Positions 38,656-52,338 of a stretch of 64,000 nucleotides of DNA are shown piece by piece. A program made the translations under genes and the position numbers. The stretch's first letter is position 1. Every line of letters starts with the position of its first letter. Source of the DNA: Eledone cirrhosa (lineage: Eukaryota); contig OZ024742.1 in the NCBI GenBank assembly GCA_964016885.1, positions 260,152,001 to 260,216,000 on the forward strand. Reading direction: 5' to 3'. Below the pieces are notes generated by a model, which saw only the letters and a list, made by a program, of their open reading frames with translations, was not told the origin of the DNA and did no database searches.

Positions 38656-38995
38656 GGAGGCACATGGCTTAGTGGTTAGAGCATTGGCCTTGCAATCGAA
38701 AGGTTGTGAGTTCAATTCTCAGACTGGGTGATGTGTTGTTTCCTTGAGCAAGACACTTTATTTCACATTGCTCCAGTTTACTCAGCTGTAGAAATGAGAT
38801 GATAGGGACTAGGGTCATTCCACTGCAAAGTGGTCGTGGAGGTGCCATGGCAAAAAAGCACCCAGCACTCACTGTAAATGAGGTTGGTGTTAGGAAGGGC
38901 ATCCAGCTGTAGAAATCAAGCCAGAATCAGTTCCCGTCCCACCCTTGCAAGCAGGGAAAAGCGGACGTAAAATGAAATGATGAATGATGATGATG
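38656..38995 (+). mobile_element. Full-length composite SINE (tRNA head, CORE-like body, RTE-derived tail)
   Basis: A box tggcttagtgg, B box gagttcaattc, ccttgagcaagacact, and a tail near-identical to the RTE 3' UTR at 63521-63685; (GAT)n end. Confidence 0.88.
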
Positions 38996-39067
38996 TGTGT
39001 ATATATATATATATAATATATGTGTGTGTGTGTGTATGTATATATTATATGTGTGTATGTACATTAG

Positions 39068-39320
39068 TGAAGGCACATGGTGGATAAAGAATTGGGCCTG
39101 CAATCATGAGGTTGTGAGTTTGATTCTCGAACTGGGTGATGCATTGTGTCCTTGAGCGAGACATTGTTCCAGTTTACTCGGCTGTAGAAATGAATTGCAA
39201 TGTCACTGGGGCTGAGTTGTATCAGCCATTGTCTGCTGGTTTTCACATATAACTTGTGCCTCGGAGGGGAACTTCTAGGAGCAAATCTCGCAGTCAAAAG
39301 GGGCCTTTATTCTTTTATAG
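39068..39320 (+). mobile_element. tRNA/CORE-like SINE with a different 3' body
   Basis: Same head as 38656, diverging after gctgtagaaatga. Confidence 0.75.
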
Positions 39321-40369
39321 ATATAAATATATACCTAGTACAGCTAAATTACTATATATGTGCATGTATGTGAACACATATAGTAGTTTAGGTGTCAGGA
39401 GAGAAAGGGCATGAATTTGATCACTTGACTCGGCATCACATTATGTCCTTCAGCAAGACACTCCATTTCCATATAGCTATTTGAAATTGTTCTTTGCTGT
39501 ACCATTGCATACCATCATTCCAGCCCTGTCTTATATGTTTTGTGGCTCTGTCTATAGTGCTATTCTACCACCATGTCACCCTTTATCTGGCTGGTACTCC
39601 AATCACATAGGTCATCAGTGCTCTACAGCAGATTGTTTCATAGAAACTCCCAGTTGTCCTCTATCTTATACGTCTTTATCTCCCCTTTCTCCTCATCATG
39701 TTTATCACATACAGAATTTCCCTGGACCTCTGTTTAACAGAAGGATCTTTCATATTCCACTTGCTCCTTTTCCTCATTTTGTGTATTTGAGTCTGTTTAG
39801 CTCTTACTTACTTTGAAGTCACTGATAACATATCATTGACTTCAAAGTGGTGCATTCTTCTCGGAAGATAGACTTAGGTTTTACAATCATTTGTCTATCT
39901 TATTTCTGAATGGGTATTGAGATGTGTGACTTAATAGTTAGTGTGTTGGACTCATGGTTCATAAGGTTGTGTGTATAATTTTAAAACTAGGTGGCATGTT
40001 TTCTTGAGTAACATGCTTCATTTCACATTGCTTTTCATGGTAGGACTATTAGGAGCCCTATCTTTAAAACACTAAAGAAATCTCCTTAAAGAACCTAGTT
40101 GGTGACCAACTAATTGCATAAATAAGAGCTGTAACAACATAGTATGACTGGGAGGTCTCTGTCATTAAACCACCCATGAAACATCTTATCAAGTAGAGCT
40201 TCAAAGATGGCCAGCTATACCTGCAAAGGTGTGAGCTGTAAATTTCCTTTTATTTTTTATTTCTTTATTTATTCCATAAAGTCAATCTGTGTGTTTGTGT
40301 TTATGAACATGTGTGTGTGTGTTTGTGTTCATGTGCGCGTGTGTAGCGCTATAAATGCATTTAATAGAA

Positions 40370-40801
40370 AGACTTCAACTAATTTTGAAAATATTCAAGA
40401 ATTTCAAATAATTTAGTAAAATAACTAACTTTCTTATCATTAAGCTGGTGTTTCGAACATAACATAAAGGTTGTTACAAAATCATTGTGCTTGAAGGTGT
40501 TAAGGTAAATATACTTTAACTCTTTCATTAGGTAAATATAATTTAACTCTTTCATTACTATATTTCTAATCTATGGTTTTCAAATAATTTTGAAACTAAT
40601 CAAGAATTTAAATTGAGTTAGTAAAATAATTAACTTTCTTATCATTAAGCTTGTGCTTGGAATGTAAATTAAAACAAAGATTCTTACAGAAAATTATAAT
40701 GGAAGGTTTCTTTTTAGATAAATATACATATTTCAAAATAAACAGCTGTATATCAAAGAAACCAGGGACAGTTTGAAGCAGTTAAATATTAAAAGGGTTA
40801 A
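40370..40801 (+). mobile_element. AT-rich TTAA-ended MITE family, partial tandem copies
   Basis: ttaactctttcattactatatttctaat...aaaagggTTAA. Confidence 0.65.
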
Positions 40802-41024
40802 GAAGTTTAATTTTTTACAGATGTATGCTAAATCAATATTTAATGTATATCAAATGTTCAGACAACAACTTAAATGCTTAAGCACCCACTTAACCCCTCA
40901 GGTTTGCACTTATTACTGCAGTTATTTACACTAGATGACCTAAACCTAGTGTCGAAAGGGACAACAAGGATGGTTACCAGTTAGAAGAAATTCAGCACAT
41001 TGATTTCTTTTAACCCCTTCCATA

Positions 41025-41342
41025 AGTGGTATACTGGTGTCATGATAATATACACCCAGTACACTCTAAGTCATAGTGCTGGTGCTGTGATGATATAAAC
41101 CCAGTACACTCTGTAAGTGGTAGTGCTGGTGTCATGATAATATACACCCAGTACATTCTGTAAGTGGTAGTGCTGGTGTCATGATAATATACACCCAGTA
41201 CACTCTGTAAAATGGTTGGTTTTAGGAAAGGCTTCTAACCATAGAAAGAAACCAAACATTCCAAAATATGGTAAGTTTGAGCAAGACAACAACCCATCCA
41301 ACCCATGTTAGCATGGAAAACAGATGCTTAATGATGATGATA
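41025..41342 (+). repeat. Four ~47-bp tandem units leading into a (GAT)n tail module
   Basis: gtggtagtgctggtgtcatgataatatacacccagtacactctgtaa x4, then tggttggttttaggaaaggc..gcatggaaaacagatgcttaatgatgat. Confidence 0.85.
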
Positions 41343-41759
41343 TGTGATGAATGTTTATGAATGTTCAGTCATTAACTCCTATATTTATTGTTTTCTGAGG
41401 TGTATTTAAATGAAAATTTATCATTACAACTCTTTTAAAACATTTTTTATTCTTCTTTCTTCAATTTTGTTTCTCTCTTCTATATTTCCTTCTTACTTTT
41501 ATTTATTCCCCCTCACTTTATGAGGGGATGTGAAACAAGCCGCACTATATTGCTTGTTACATTTTAATCTCTTCACTGATCTGTTACTATAGCAACAGGA
41601 TATTGTAGTAACTGCTATTATTATTTTTTCAATAGTATCAAGCAAGTTTCTGCTGCATCATCTGGTGCACCTCTGTGTTCCTGACATTTCTGCATCATTG
41701 TGTGTTCTTATTTTTGTGGTAGTTCAAGGAATATAGACTCCTCCTGTTAGTGTACTGCA

Positions 41760-42300
41760 TTATTATTATTATTATTGTTTTTATTTTCTTTCATTATTGT
41801 TTCTGAGATATATGCTGAGTGTCTTCCTGACACCTAGGGCAAATAGATTCACAGTGTGCATTGGTAAGCCAATTAATACAGCACATTGATTATAATTTTA
41901 AAAAAAAACAAAAAAACAGTATGCATATATACTCATGTGCATATGCATATTTAAATACAAGGAGGGATATCAATCTTACAGAGATAGTGCTCTTCTCAAT
42001 ACATCTGCAGTACCAGTCAAAACATTTTTTTGCACCTCGTGCAGAGAGGGCAAACTAGGAATCATTTGCAAATATTGTTCTGTTCCTTTCTTGATCATAC
42101 CCAGTCCTCCCACAATCACTGGTATTGTAAGGGCCTTGAGGTGCCACATTTTCTCAATTTCAATAAGCAGATCTTTATATTTTTCTAGCTTGTCAAACTC
42201 TTTTGCCACGATATTGTGATGACATGGGATGCTCATATCTATCAACAAACAGACCTTGTTATGTTGATCTTTTACAATGATGTCAGGTCAATTTGCTTTT
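41760..42300 (-). mobile_element. RLE-type non-LTR element 3' fragment
   Basis: PDIIVKD..CLLIDMSIP..KLEKYKDL.IEIEKMW..IPVIVGGLG..QK.VL.GTA.VLRR.L; bounded by (TAA)n. Confidence 0.85.
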
Positions 42301-42325
42301 ATTATTATTATTATTATTATTATTA

Positions 42326-42411
42326 AGGTTAACCTTGCCTTACGGGGTCGCTAAAATAAAGTACCAGTAATGTACTGGGTAATTGCTGGCCTTGTGCCAA
42401 AAGTAGAAACA

Positions 42412-42415
<4 letters not shown>
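42326..42415 (+). mobile_element. SINE family A, 3' part, inside (TTA)n
   Basis: Near-identical to 8868-8967 apart from a short deletion. Confidence 0.85.
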
Positions 42416-42452
<37 letters not shown>

Positions 42453-42848
42453 GTTCAGATTTTGCTTGTATTGGAACTAACTGACTCTAAGTCTCACCCA
42501 ACTCATGAGACAAGTCCAAGTTGGCATTATGACTAGGATGGTTGATAACTGTCATGTTTGTGGAAGAATGTAGTTCAGTGTTAGGGATTTGTGTTTTAAA
42601 TATGTGCCTTGGATTCATAAGAAGTATTATATTAGAAAATGCCTGTCAAAACATAAGAAAATTAAAAGTTTGTTTAAAAGTACTTTGGGGGTAAAATGAT
42701 AGTGTGGCAATAAAAGGCATTTGCTATTATGTACAATTAAAAGTACTTTCGATAATGTGCTAAAAGAAAAGCATATTATTATTATTTATCTCAGATAAGA
42801 TCATACAATTTGGTCAAATGTATTCATAGCAAACAACAACTAGTTGTA

Positions 42849-43064
42849 TTAACCCTTTCACATTTAAACTGACCGTATCCAGCCAGAATTCTCTCACCTC
42901 TCTCTGTTCAAACCGGCTGTAACCAGTCACTCATACTGATGTTAAGATATTGTTCTCAAAATAAATAATATAAAAATCTCATAGATTTGATATTATGTGA
43001 GGTAAAGCCTTTACCATGAAAATATAAGAGTACATATAGAGTAATGTAAATGCTAAAGGGTTAA
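42849..43064. mobile_element. piggyBac-like MITE (second family)
   Basis: TTAAccctttcacattta ... taaatgctaaagggTTAA. Confidence 0.7.
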
Positions 43065-43799
43065 GTAGCATACACTTTTCTTTTTCTACAAGTTCCTCAC
43101 TTTCTGAATCATTCTTGTCATTTTCAAGAGACATTCTTTCTGCAACAGCTCTATCGAACAGTCAGTCCCAATTTCTTCACACCATATCTCAATCCTATCT
43201 CGCACTGTCTTAAGTGAACCAATAACAATTGGTATAATTGTAGTATTGTCTTCAGTTTCCACAGTGAATCTATTTCATACTTCAATGGGTTGAAGTTAGT
43301 CAGCTATGGACATGATAAGTCTATTATTACAAACAACTTCTCTCTTCACTTTATTCTCAACTATGATATCTTGCTTGTTGTCTTCTAGCTATTTATCAAT
43401 CTCTATTGAAGAGTTCCACAAAAGCTTACAACCTGCAGATTTCAGTACTTTCTTATGTTTATGTCTACCATTCTTTCCATTATCCAAAACTCCACTTCTC
43501 ATTCAATTATCAATGAATTATCTTAGCCACCTGGTTGTATCACCACTTTTTATACTCATTTTGTGCTACCTTAGCAAGCTAGTCATATCACCACTTGTTG
43601 TACTTATTCTGAGCTATCTTAACTTCGTGGTCAGCTATCTTAACCACCTGGTCATGTAGTTATCTTGTGCTAAATTAGTATACTCATTCACAATATGGCT
43701 AATGGTTTTATCATATTTCCCAACAACTCTGCAAAGTTGAGAGCTAATTTCTTTGTAAATGTTATTCCTATTGGCCTCATCTTCAGCTGCTGCAATTGT

Positions 43800-44715
43800 A
43801 CTTTCTTGGGGAGACTCTAGGGGTCAACAAAAATCAACTAGCCACTCTTTTCCAGAAGACTTTCAGTCCAGGGCCCATGGATAACTTCCAGAAATCCTTG
43901 GCCTGGCAGTGCTACAGAGGAACTTTGCCAGTCCATGATAAACTCTACAGTCATGGAAGTACCATGAGCCGAGCCTGTCCGAGATGTGCACAGGGTGACG
44001 AAACCATTCTGCACGCACTGATCAAGTGTCCGAGTATTGCTGACCTGTGGGTTTACTTGCTGTCACATGTGGCATGGATCTTGCTATGAACTGAGTCCAT
44101 TGTGAAGATCACCCTGCCATCTTCCTTTAGAGGGGAAAGACGGGCAGTTTTTATCTTCCAAATGGCCATGGCAAAAGAGGTCATGTGGTGGACATGCCTA
44201 AAAGGTTTGAAGACAAGCACTTTCGTCTTTAGCGAAGCCCTAATTAATTTTTTCAGGTTTCACCCAAAGAGAAAAATTAAGATGGAGAGGGAAATACTGC
44301 CTTCCAACCAGTTTGTTGAAAGGTGGGTGTGAGAGGAGAGCATGATCTGAGTCAATGGGCTTGCTCTGAGTATGTGCCTGTAAATTGGAAGAGAGAGAGC
44401 ACTTGCCCTAATGGCTAAGGTTACCATGGCTTTTTGTGGGCTTTCTCCATGAGTGACTCTCAGAGGTAGCATCACATTTGTGGAATTTGTTATGTTTTTA
44501 TTTTAAATGTTTATTTTTTAGTCTTTTTTTATAAACCTTTCCCTCATACAAAAGCCCTCACTGTACTGTCCTATACCATCCTTATTGTTCTCTTAATGTA
44601 AGCCATATCTGGCTAATAAAGAAACCATTATTATTTATTCATTTATTATTATTATTGTCCCCTATATACTGGCCCTTGTGGCCAATAAATGAAATCATTA
44701 TTATTATTATTATTT
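43800..44715 (+). mobile_element. Tx1/L1 3' fragment, homologous to 59860-60626
   Basis: NFQKSLAWQCYRG.LPV.DKLY..CPRC..ETILHAL..C; aataaagaaaccattattat tail, with a second short tail at 44655-44715. Confidence 0.88.
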
Positions 44716-45299
44716 TGATGTTTGGATTTTGCTTTGTATTTGTATGAGCTGACTCAAATCTCACCTAAAGACTTCAAGAGACATCAGTTATAAGTTCAAG
44801 TGAGCATTATGACTAGGATGATTGATAATTACCATGTTTTGGGGGAAGAATGTAGTTCAGTTGTTTGAGATTAGTGTTTTAATTGTGTGCCATGTGTTAG
44901 ATAGTATGACTTTAAAAGATATTTGCTATTATGTACATTTCGAAGTACTTTTTATAATAAGTGAAAAAGATTGTTTTGAAGTTACATAGACAGTATTTTT
45001 TGTAGGATATAAGCAGTCCCCATGAGTGCTATTTTCTGAATTTCCTCCATTATTATTACACACAGAAACAATGAAATTGTCTATCATGTTATATTACACT
45101 GCTGCGAATGTGATGGGTTAGTAGAATCCTAAGAACAAAATACCTTGTAGGCTCTTTATAATCTGAGTTCAAATCTCACCAAGGTCAACTTGGCCTTTCA
45201 TCCTTTTGGGGTTGATAAAATATAGTAGTAATCAATTACTTATCCCTTCTGCTAAATCGCTGGCCTTATACCTAAATTAGAAATTATTATTATTAGTCT

Positions 45300-45410
45300 A
45301 CCGCTGAGGTTAACTTTGCCTTTCATCCTTACAGGGTCGATAAAAAATAAAGTACCAGTAATACACTGGGTAATTGCTGGCCTTGTGCCAAAAGTAGAAA
45401 CAATTATTAT
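45300..45410 (+). mobile_element. SINE family A, 5'-truncated, with apparent target-site duplication
   Basis: attattattagtctac occurs on both sides (~45286-45301 and ~45403-45418); preceded by an older divergent relative at ~45110-45290. Confidence 0.8.
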
Positions 45411-46019
45411 TAGTCTACATCAAACGAATGATGATGGTAATGATAAAAGATCAAAATAGATGAAATATTTAATATAAACGTTAATAATTTAATAAGTTTT
45501 AAAAAATTATTATTGTTTATACTATTTTTGCACAATTTATGAAAATATAAATAAAAGATGAATATAAAAGAAGGTGAAATATAAAAGTACATTAAAATTA
45601 GATTTAGAATTTTAAAACATTTCAAATATAATATATAAAAAATAATAAAAATATCTTAAGGAATTAACATTTGTTACCAGCCCAAAACAGGCTCTGGTCC
45701 TATGAAACAAAATCACCTATTTTAAAGGGTTCCTATTTAGATTAAATTATTCCAACATAATATTATATGAGAACCATATGTTAAGTTACTATCTTAGTAA
45801 TGAAGTAATTGATAATTTATTAAATTCTTCTTTAATTAATTGAAACAGCGTATTTCATGGTCACAAGAGGTTTAAAAAATGTGACTATTTTCGCAAGAAT
45901 ATCATGTCATGCATTATTTCTGTTGGCACCAATGGGTAACTTTGCTTCTAATATCAATTAGTGTTTACATATAGAATAACATTTACATTTTTTTAAAAAC
46001 TGTCTCTCTTTTTCCATTC

Positions 46020-46677
46020 ATTAACTTTTTCATTACCATATTTCTAATGATTGACACTGCCACTGAATGTTGAATATATTCAAGAACTTAGAATGATTTA
46101 CTAAAATTATGATATGATAGAAGATTTTTTGATAAATATAAACACTTTCAATTAAACATAGAACCAAGGATGGTTTCTGCTAGTTTTAATATAAAAGGAG
46201 TTAATATATAACAATTCTGAGAAATTTTTTTAATCTTGTAATGAAATGCAGTGTCACTGATTTTTCAAATTTTGGAAATAATCAAGAATTCTAAAAGAAT
46301 TTACTAAAATAAAGAACTTTTTCATTTTTAAGCTGGTGTTTGAAACTTAAAACATTCTTATACAAAATTATGTTGGAAGTTTTTAGATATATATAAACAC
46401 CTTTCATTACCATATTTCTTATAAAAGACACTGCTTATGATTTTCAAGTCATTTTGATAATAATAAAGAATGTTTAAGGAATTTAATAAAATAACTTTCT
46501 CATTTTTTAGCTGATATTTAGAACATAACTTAACAAGGTTTATTACATAACTTAACAAAGTTTATTACATAAAATTATGATGGAAGGTTTTTAGATAAAT
46601 ATAAATTTGCTAAAATAAGTGGCTTTGTTTCATAGAACTATCAGTTATTTCAGGCAGTTTTGTATCAGAAGGGTTAA
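46020..46677 (+). mobile_element. Cluster of AT-rich TTAA-ended MITE copies
   Basis: ttaactttttcattaccatatttctaatga.. and ..atcagaagggTTAA. Confidence 0.65.
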
Positions 46678-47699
46678 TGACAATTTTGTTTTCAATTCAC
46701 AACTCTTTAGCCACATCTTCCTTTTTATTTTTTTTGTCAATTGTATGCTGCTATTAGTATATTTCAAGAAAAAGTTCAGAAAGGTTATTATTGTTTTAAT
46801 TCCAAGTCAGCTCTCATCAAACATTCCAGCCATCACCCTTCCATCTTATTATCAGGTGTAATGTACCTAAACTATATTATCCAACGTATCCTTAACATGA
46901 CAGAGTGTGGTTTAAATAAGTAAAAACGAAAGAAAGAAGATAATTTTCCTGATCAAACCAAGGAAAATAAGTATACATTGGTCTTTCTATTGCTGATACT
47001 ATCTTTGTCACAACTTCTGCCAGAAGTGTCATTAATTTTCTGGTGAAAAGGGGCAGGATTTGAACTCAGAACACAAAACCAAATAAGATATTCCAAGATA
47101 TCTTATCCAATAGTTTTATAATTTCCTACAATATCTGCCCATACACTACTACTTAATTTATTGGTCCAGAAGGGAGAAAAGGCAATGTTGATCTTGATGA
47201 GATTTGAATTCAAACTGCAGAGAGCCAGCACAAACATTTAATCCAGCTCTATCAAGTTGCCATCTTTAAAAGATATTTGGCTGCTATTTCTAGTCATATC
47301 CTTCATTGGCTCGAGTTTAGTGTATATGTAGAGAAGAAAAAACTAATGTTAATAAAATCTAAAACACTTAATGTGACAAGCAAGATAACTTTAATTAATC
47401 AAGACCAAAGTAAACATTGGAGCAATGACTAAAACTAACAAAGGGGGAGACAACTTCAAATCTCAAATAATTGAAGCAGGTTCACTACACCAAAATATCA
47501 ATTAATTAAAATTGAAAATTGGCATGCAGTGAAGAGAAAAGCTCATCTGATCTTTGGCAAGCACAGTGATAACTCTGGAGACATTTTGATCTTAAAACTT
47601 TCCCTAGTCTAAGATTTGCTCTCACTTCCAGATCCATCAAGGAATTATGGTATGCACACAAGTAAGTGGTAATGTAACATAATGACCAAAGTGAATTTA

Positions 47700-48262
47700 C
47701 CATTCACAAATATGCTGGAAGGCAAGAACTACTCCTTCTGACAATAAAAAGACAGAAGCTAAACTGATATAGTCATGGGTCTCATCATAACTCTCTGTCC
47801 AAAACCATTCTTCAGGTCACATGAAAGATGAAGAAGAGGCAGATAAAGAAAATCGTGTCCAACAACATCAAGAACTGGACAGGTCCCAATACTGTAACCC
47901 TTCAGTCTATGATGGAGGATAGAGACCAGTGATGACTACGGACTGCCAGAGCTGGTCTAACATCAAGGACTGGACAGGTCACGACACTGTAGCTCTTCTC
48001 TGTATGAGGGAGACTAGTGGTGATTGTTGATTTTCTCTGTATGAGGGAGACTAGTGGTGATTGTTGATCTTTCTCTGTGTGAGGATGGACATAGACCTGT
48101 GGTGACTGCAGACTATAGGAGCTGGTCTAACAACATCAAGGACTGGACAGGTCACAACACTGACCCTTCATTGTATGATGGAAGACAAACACCAGTGGTG
48201 AATGTGGACAGAGTGACACCTCATCGACTAGTTTCACCTGTGATAAGAACATGAGGATGATG
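47700..48262 (+). mobile_element. RTE 3' terminus with internal tandem duplications
   Basis: KRQKLN.YSH..SKTILQ..RRGR.RKS.SNNIK.WTG; aacatcaag.actggacaggtc occurs three times. Confidence 0.75.
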
Positions 48263-49489
48263 ACAATTCCTGTGGAAATATCTGTAAAGAAAGCAGTTGT
48301 GGTATTATTTGGTGGGATAGATGATGTCCAATGTGACTGGTTTTCCATCACAACTGAAGCCCCTCAGCCTTGGCCAAGGAGAATGTAGACAGAATAATCC
48401 TTTCCTGTTTGAAGGGTCTAGGTCACTCATCTAGGATTCCACATATTGCCACTTACATGTTAATTTGATGAGCAGGTAGTTCTATTTACTGAACAATTCA
48501 AACATATGTTGGAACCGACAGAAGTTCAACAACAACAATACAGTTTCTATATGTTACTATTGATTATTGCAAAAGAGTTTAAGATGATGTGAGGGTGGGG
48601 GCTAAATGATAGGGCTCCTGATAGCATTGACTGACAGCTGTCAAGATTGTGAGAATATGGTTAATTGTGATAATGACTGTGGTGATTGAATTGCTAGCAG
48701 TGATAATGAATATGATAAAAGTAATGGGAGTAAGGTGGTGTTAGTAATAATTAGGGATAATTAGAAAAACCAAAAATCAATCACTAAATAGTACTTACTG
48801 AACTTCTACTTCTATTCGTTTGTGTATTAATAGATAGGTATATAAGGTTGTTGAGATGACAGAGAATGCCAATTGCTTTTATTAACTCTTTTGTTAACCA
48901 TATTTCTAATGAAAAATACTGTCCATGATTTTCAAATAATTTTGAAAATGATCAAGAATTTGGAAAGATTTAGTAATATAACTAACTTTCTCATTATGAA
49001 GCTGGTATTTGGAACATAACTTAACAAAGGTTCTTTCATAAAATTATGATGGACTAATTTTAGAAATCCTTTCACTGCCATATTTCTAATGAAATAGACT
49101 GCCTATGATTTTCAGATAATTTTGAAATTTATCATTATTAAGCAGTTGTTTGGAACATAATTTAACAAAAGGTTCTTACATAAAGTTATAAAGGGAAGCT
49201 ATTAGATAAATATAAACACGTTAAGATAAACAGGTTAATAATATTGTAGAACCAGGGTCAGTTTCAGGCAATTTGCTGTTAACAGAGCAATAAGGCTCAT
49301 AAAAAAATAGGATGTTTGTTGAGATGAAATGAGCAAGAATAGCACTTGCTTTACTTAATGTATGGAAGACATGCAGAGATATAATTTACATGAAAGTTAT
49401 GAGTAGGATGAGATAGAAGTTATCAGAAAGTTTCAGGTATGCTTACATTGGGTTGAATCTTCATCACTTTCGATGACCAATGAATCAAT

Positions 49490-49745
49490 TGCTCAACCAA
49501 CAGAACAGCATGCTCAAAAAATTAATGTGCACGTGGCTGAGCATTCCACAGACATGTGTACCCTTAACATAGTTCTCAGGGAGAATCAGTATGACACAAT
49601 GTCACAAGTTTGGCCCTTCAAATTACAGGTAGAACTCATTTTTGCTTGCTGAGTGGACTGGAGCAATGTGAAATAAAGTGCCTTGCTCAAGAACACAATG
49701 CACTGCCAGGAATCAAACTTATGATTTTATTATTACGAGCCACAC
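49490..49745 (-). mobile_element. CORE-like SINE copy
   Basis: Reverse complement of the 17815-18072 family. Confidence 0.75.
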
Positions 49746-51774
49746 TAATACACCTCTGATGATCATCAATAACCAGACAAGAGGCTTTTTGTTATGTGCT
49801 CATCTTCAGTTATTACATAAGGTTTTGTAACAATATATTAGAATGACGCCTTTTTCCATCAGTGCTTGTCTTAAATTGTAGTTTTGTATATCAATTTATG
49901 CCCTTCCCTTCCCCCAGATATATCATCTTTATCCTATTCATGATCATATTTTTAAAGAAATACACTATTTCAATTATTTAATGAAGAATTTTGAGGGATT
50001 TATTAAAATTATTAATTATTTCATTACTAAGATAATAATTTAATATAAGATTTTTATAAAATTATGTTGGACTATTTTAATTTACATAGGAACCCTTCAA
50101 AATGGGTGGTTCCTTTTCATAGAACCAGGGCTCGTTTTGGCCAGATTGGAATCAAAAGAGTTAGAGGAACCCAGACCGAAACTTTTATGCAGTATTCTAT
50201 TTTTTTGTGACTTGATTAGATGAATAAGGGCAGCACTCATAACTTTTGTCAAGAGTCTCTGAAACAGCAGAGAGGAAGGAAAAAGGTATCCACCAATGGA
50301 ACACATGGCTTGAATTCTTGCTGCAAACTGGAATTCACTAAATATATCCGAAGGTTAAGGAGTACTGTTAAAGTAGGTGAAGTTGAAAATGAAATTTACT
50401 GCTCTTACTTATGTAGGTTTCTTGGGGTGTTCGAATGGTAGGGGACTTAGTTCTATCATGTTGTTATAATTCACACAATGTAGGTTTAGTTAGCCTCCTA
50501 TGTCATTGCATCTTTTAAAAGGTTTTTCAGTTGTTCTAATGATAGGAGTCCCAGTTCTAGCATGTTGTTGTTACAGCTCACATCTATGCAGGTTTACCTA
50601 GCCTCCTACAAGGTTGTATGATAATGTGTACCCTTAATAATTCTCAGAGATTCAGCATGCCATATCTAAGAAGGGTGGCTTTTTGAATTAAGTTACAGTC
50701 CATTTGACAGGCTTCCAAACAGTTTCTGTCTACTCAGTTTCACTCACAAAACATTGGTTCACCAAAGACTATGGTAAATATCACATATCCAAGATGCCTT
50801 GCTGTGGTATTGAACTTGGGACCTAATGAGTGCAACACAAACTTCTTAATCACTCAGCCAACTCTGTGTCCATTTAGTATATAAATTTTACATGAATTCA
50901 CAAGTTAAAACCTGGTTAGCTGTGAGTTACATTAAATACAGAACCCTGGATATTCCAGGAACAAGCAGGAAGAGAGCTATAGCTGAAGATAAGTGACTGG
51001 TGTGTTCGATAGTATGTATACCACTTGGACACAGACTGAGGCTTGACCATCTTTGTTTGAGTCACTGACATAAAGTAGGTACATTGACTGAAAATGTATT
51101 GTAACAAATTATAGATTAATTTTTAACATTGATTTCTCCAATATAACTAATAACTACAAGCCAAACTTAAAACAGCACTAAAAATATACAAAAAGAAAAT
51201 CTCCAGAAATCTTGTAAAATTCCCATAATTCTCAAAGCCCTGGACTATATGAAATCACGTTGGCAAAACATTCTTGAAAACAGTAAAATCTGCACAATGA
51301 CTGCATCACTTTAAATACTAAAGTCTTTTATTTAATACAAATTTTTACAATGATCTATACACTAGTAAAGATACAATAAACATTTTAATTAACAAAGTTT
51401 TTAATATAGTCTATTAAATCTTTACAAGTTAACAGTTAATAGAGACCTAACAACATTTTCCTCACCACACAATAAAACAAAAACAAATTAAATATCCAGA
51501 ACCTTATTTTTTTAATTCAAATTAAGTTATCATTTTTCTTTATTTTATTTATTTATTACAATTATTATAATTTTTTATGGAATCTAAAGATATTTCCTTC
51601 ATCCTTTCCAATCCTAAACCACATCCTTTGAAATCCCCAAAGATATTTCATGACCTTCACCACCACTACTACCACTACCATTATTAACCTTCATTTTTAA
51701 ACAGTGTTTCTACTCAATCCTGCATGCTCTAATGAGTCACTTGCATGCCATTTATTGTCTGCATCTGTATTGCA

Positions 51775-52038
51775 TTAACCCTTTTCTTACCATATTTCTA
51801 TTGAAACACACTGCCTATAATATTCAAATCATTTAGAAAATAATCAAGATTTTGGATATATTTAATAATATAACTAATTTTCTCATTATTATCTTGAGAC
51901 TTGGACTCTAACTTAACAAAAGTTCTCAATTGAAATTATATTGGAAGGTTTTTAGATAAATATAAACATTTTAAAATAAACAGCATTGTTTCATAGAACC
52001 TGGGAGAGCTTCAGGTGGTTTGATATCAAAAGGGTTAA
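51775..52038 (+). mobile_element. Complete copy of the AT-rich piggyBac-like MITE (~260 bp)
   Basis: TTAAcccttttcttacca ... tgatatcaaaagggTTAA; internal sequence recurs many times in the window. Confidence 0.75.
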
Positions 52039-52282
52039 TATGTATAAAACATTGGGTTTGGCTGTTGCTTTTCTTTCTTTTTACTTTGCTTTTAATTTAA
52101 TTGTCCTTTCATTTCTTTTTCTGGTATTTTCTTTCTTCTATCAAAATCTCTGCTTATATATTTATGTGTACATAAATATAATTACACACATATATAATAT
52201 AAACACGTGTGTATGTGTGTGTATTTATATATATATATATAAACACACACACACATCAATATAAACACACATATATGTGAAC

Positions 52283-52338
<56 letters not shown>

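Noticed and set aside
38656-38730. tRNA gene
   Set aside because: A and B boxes are present but run into a SINE body; no complete cloverleaf, and multiple decayed copies.
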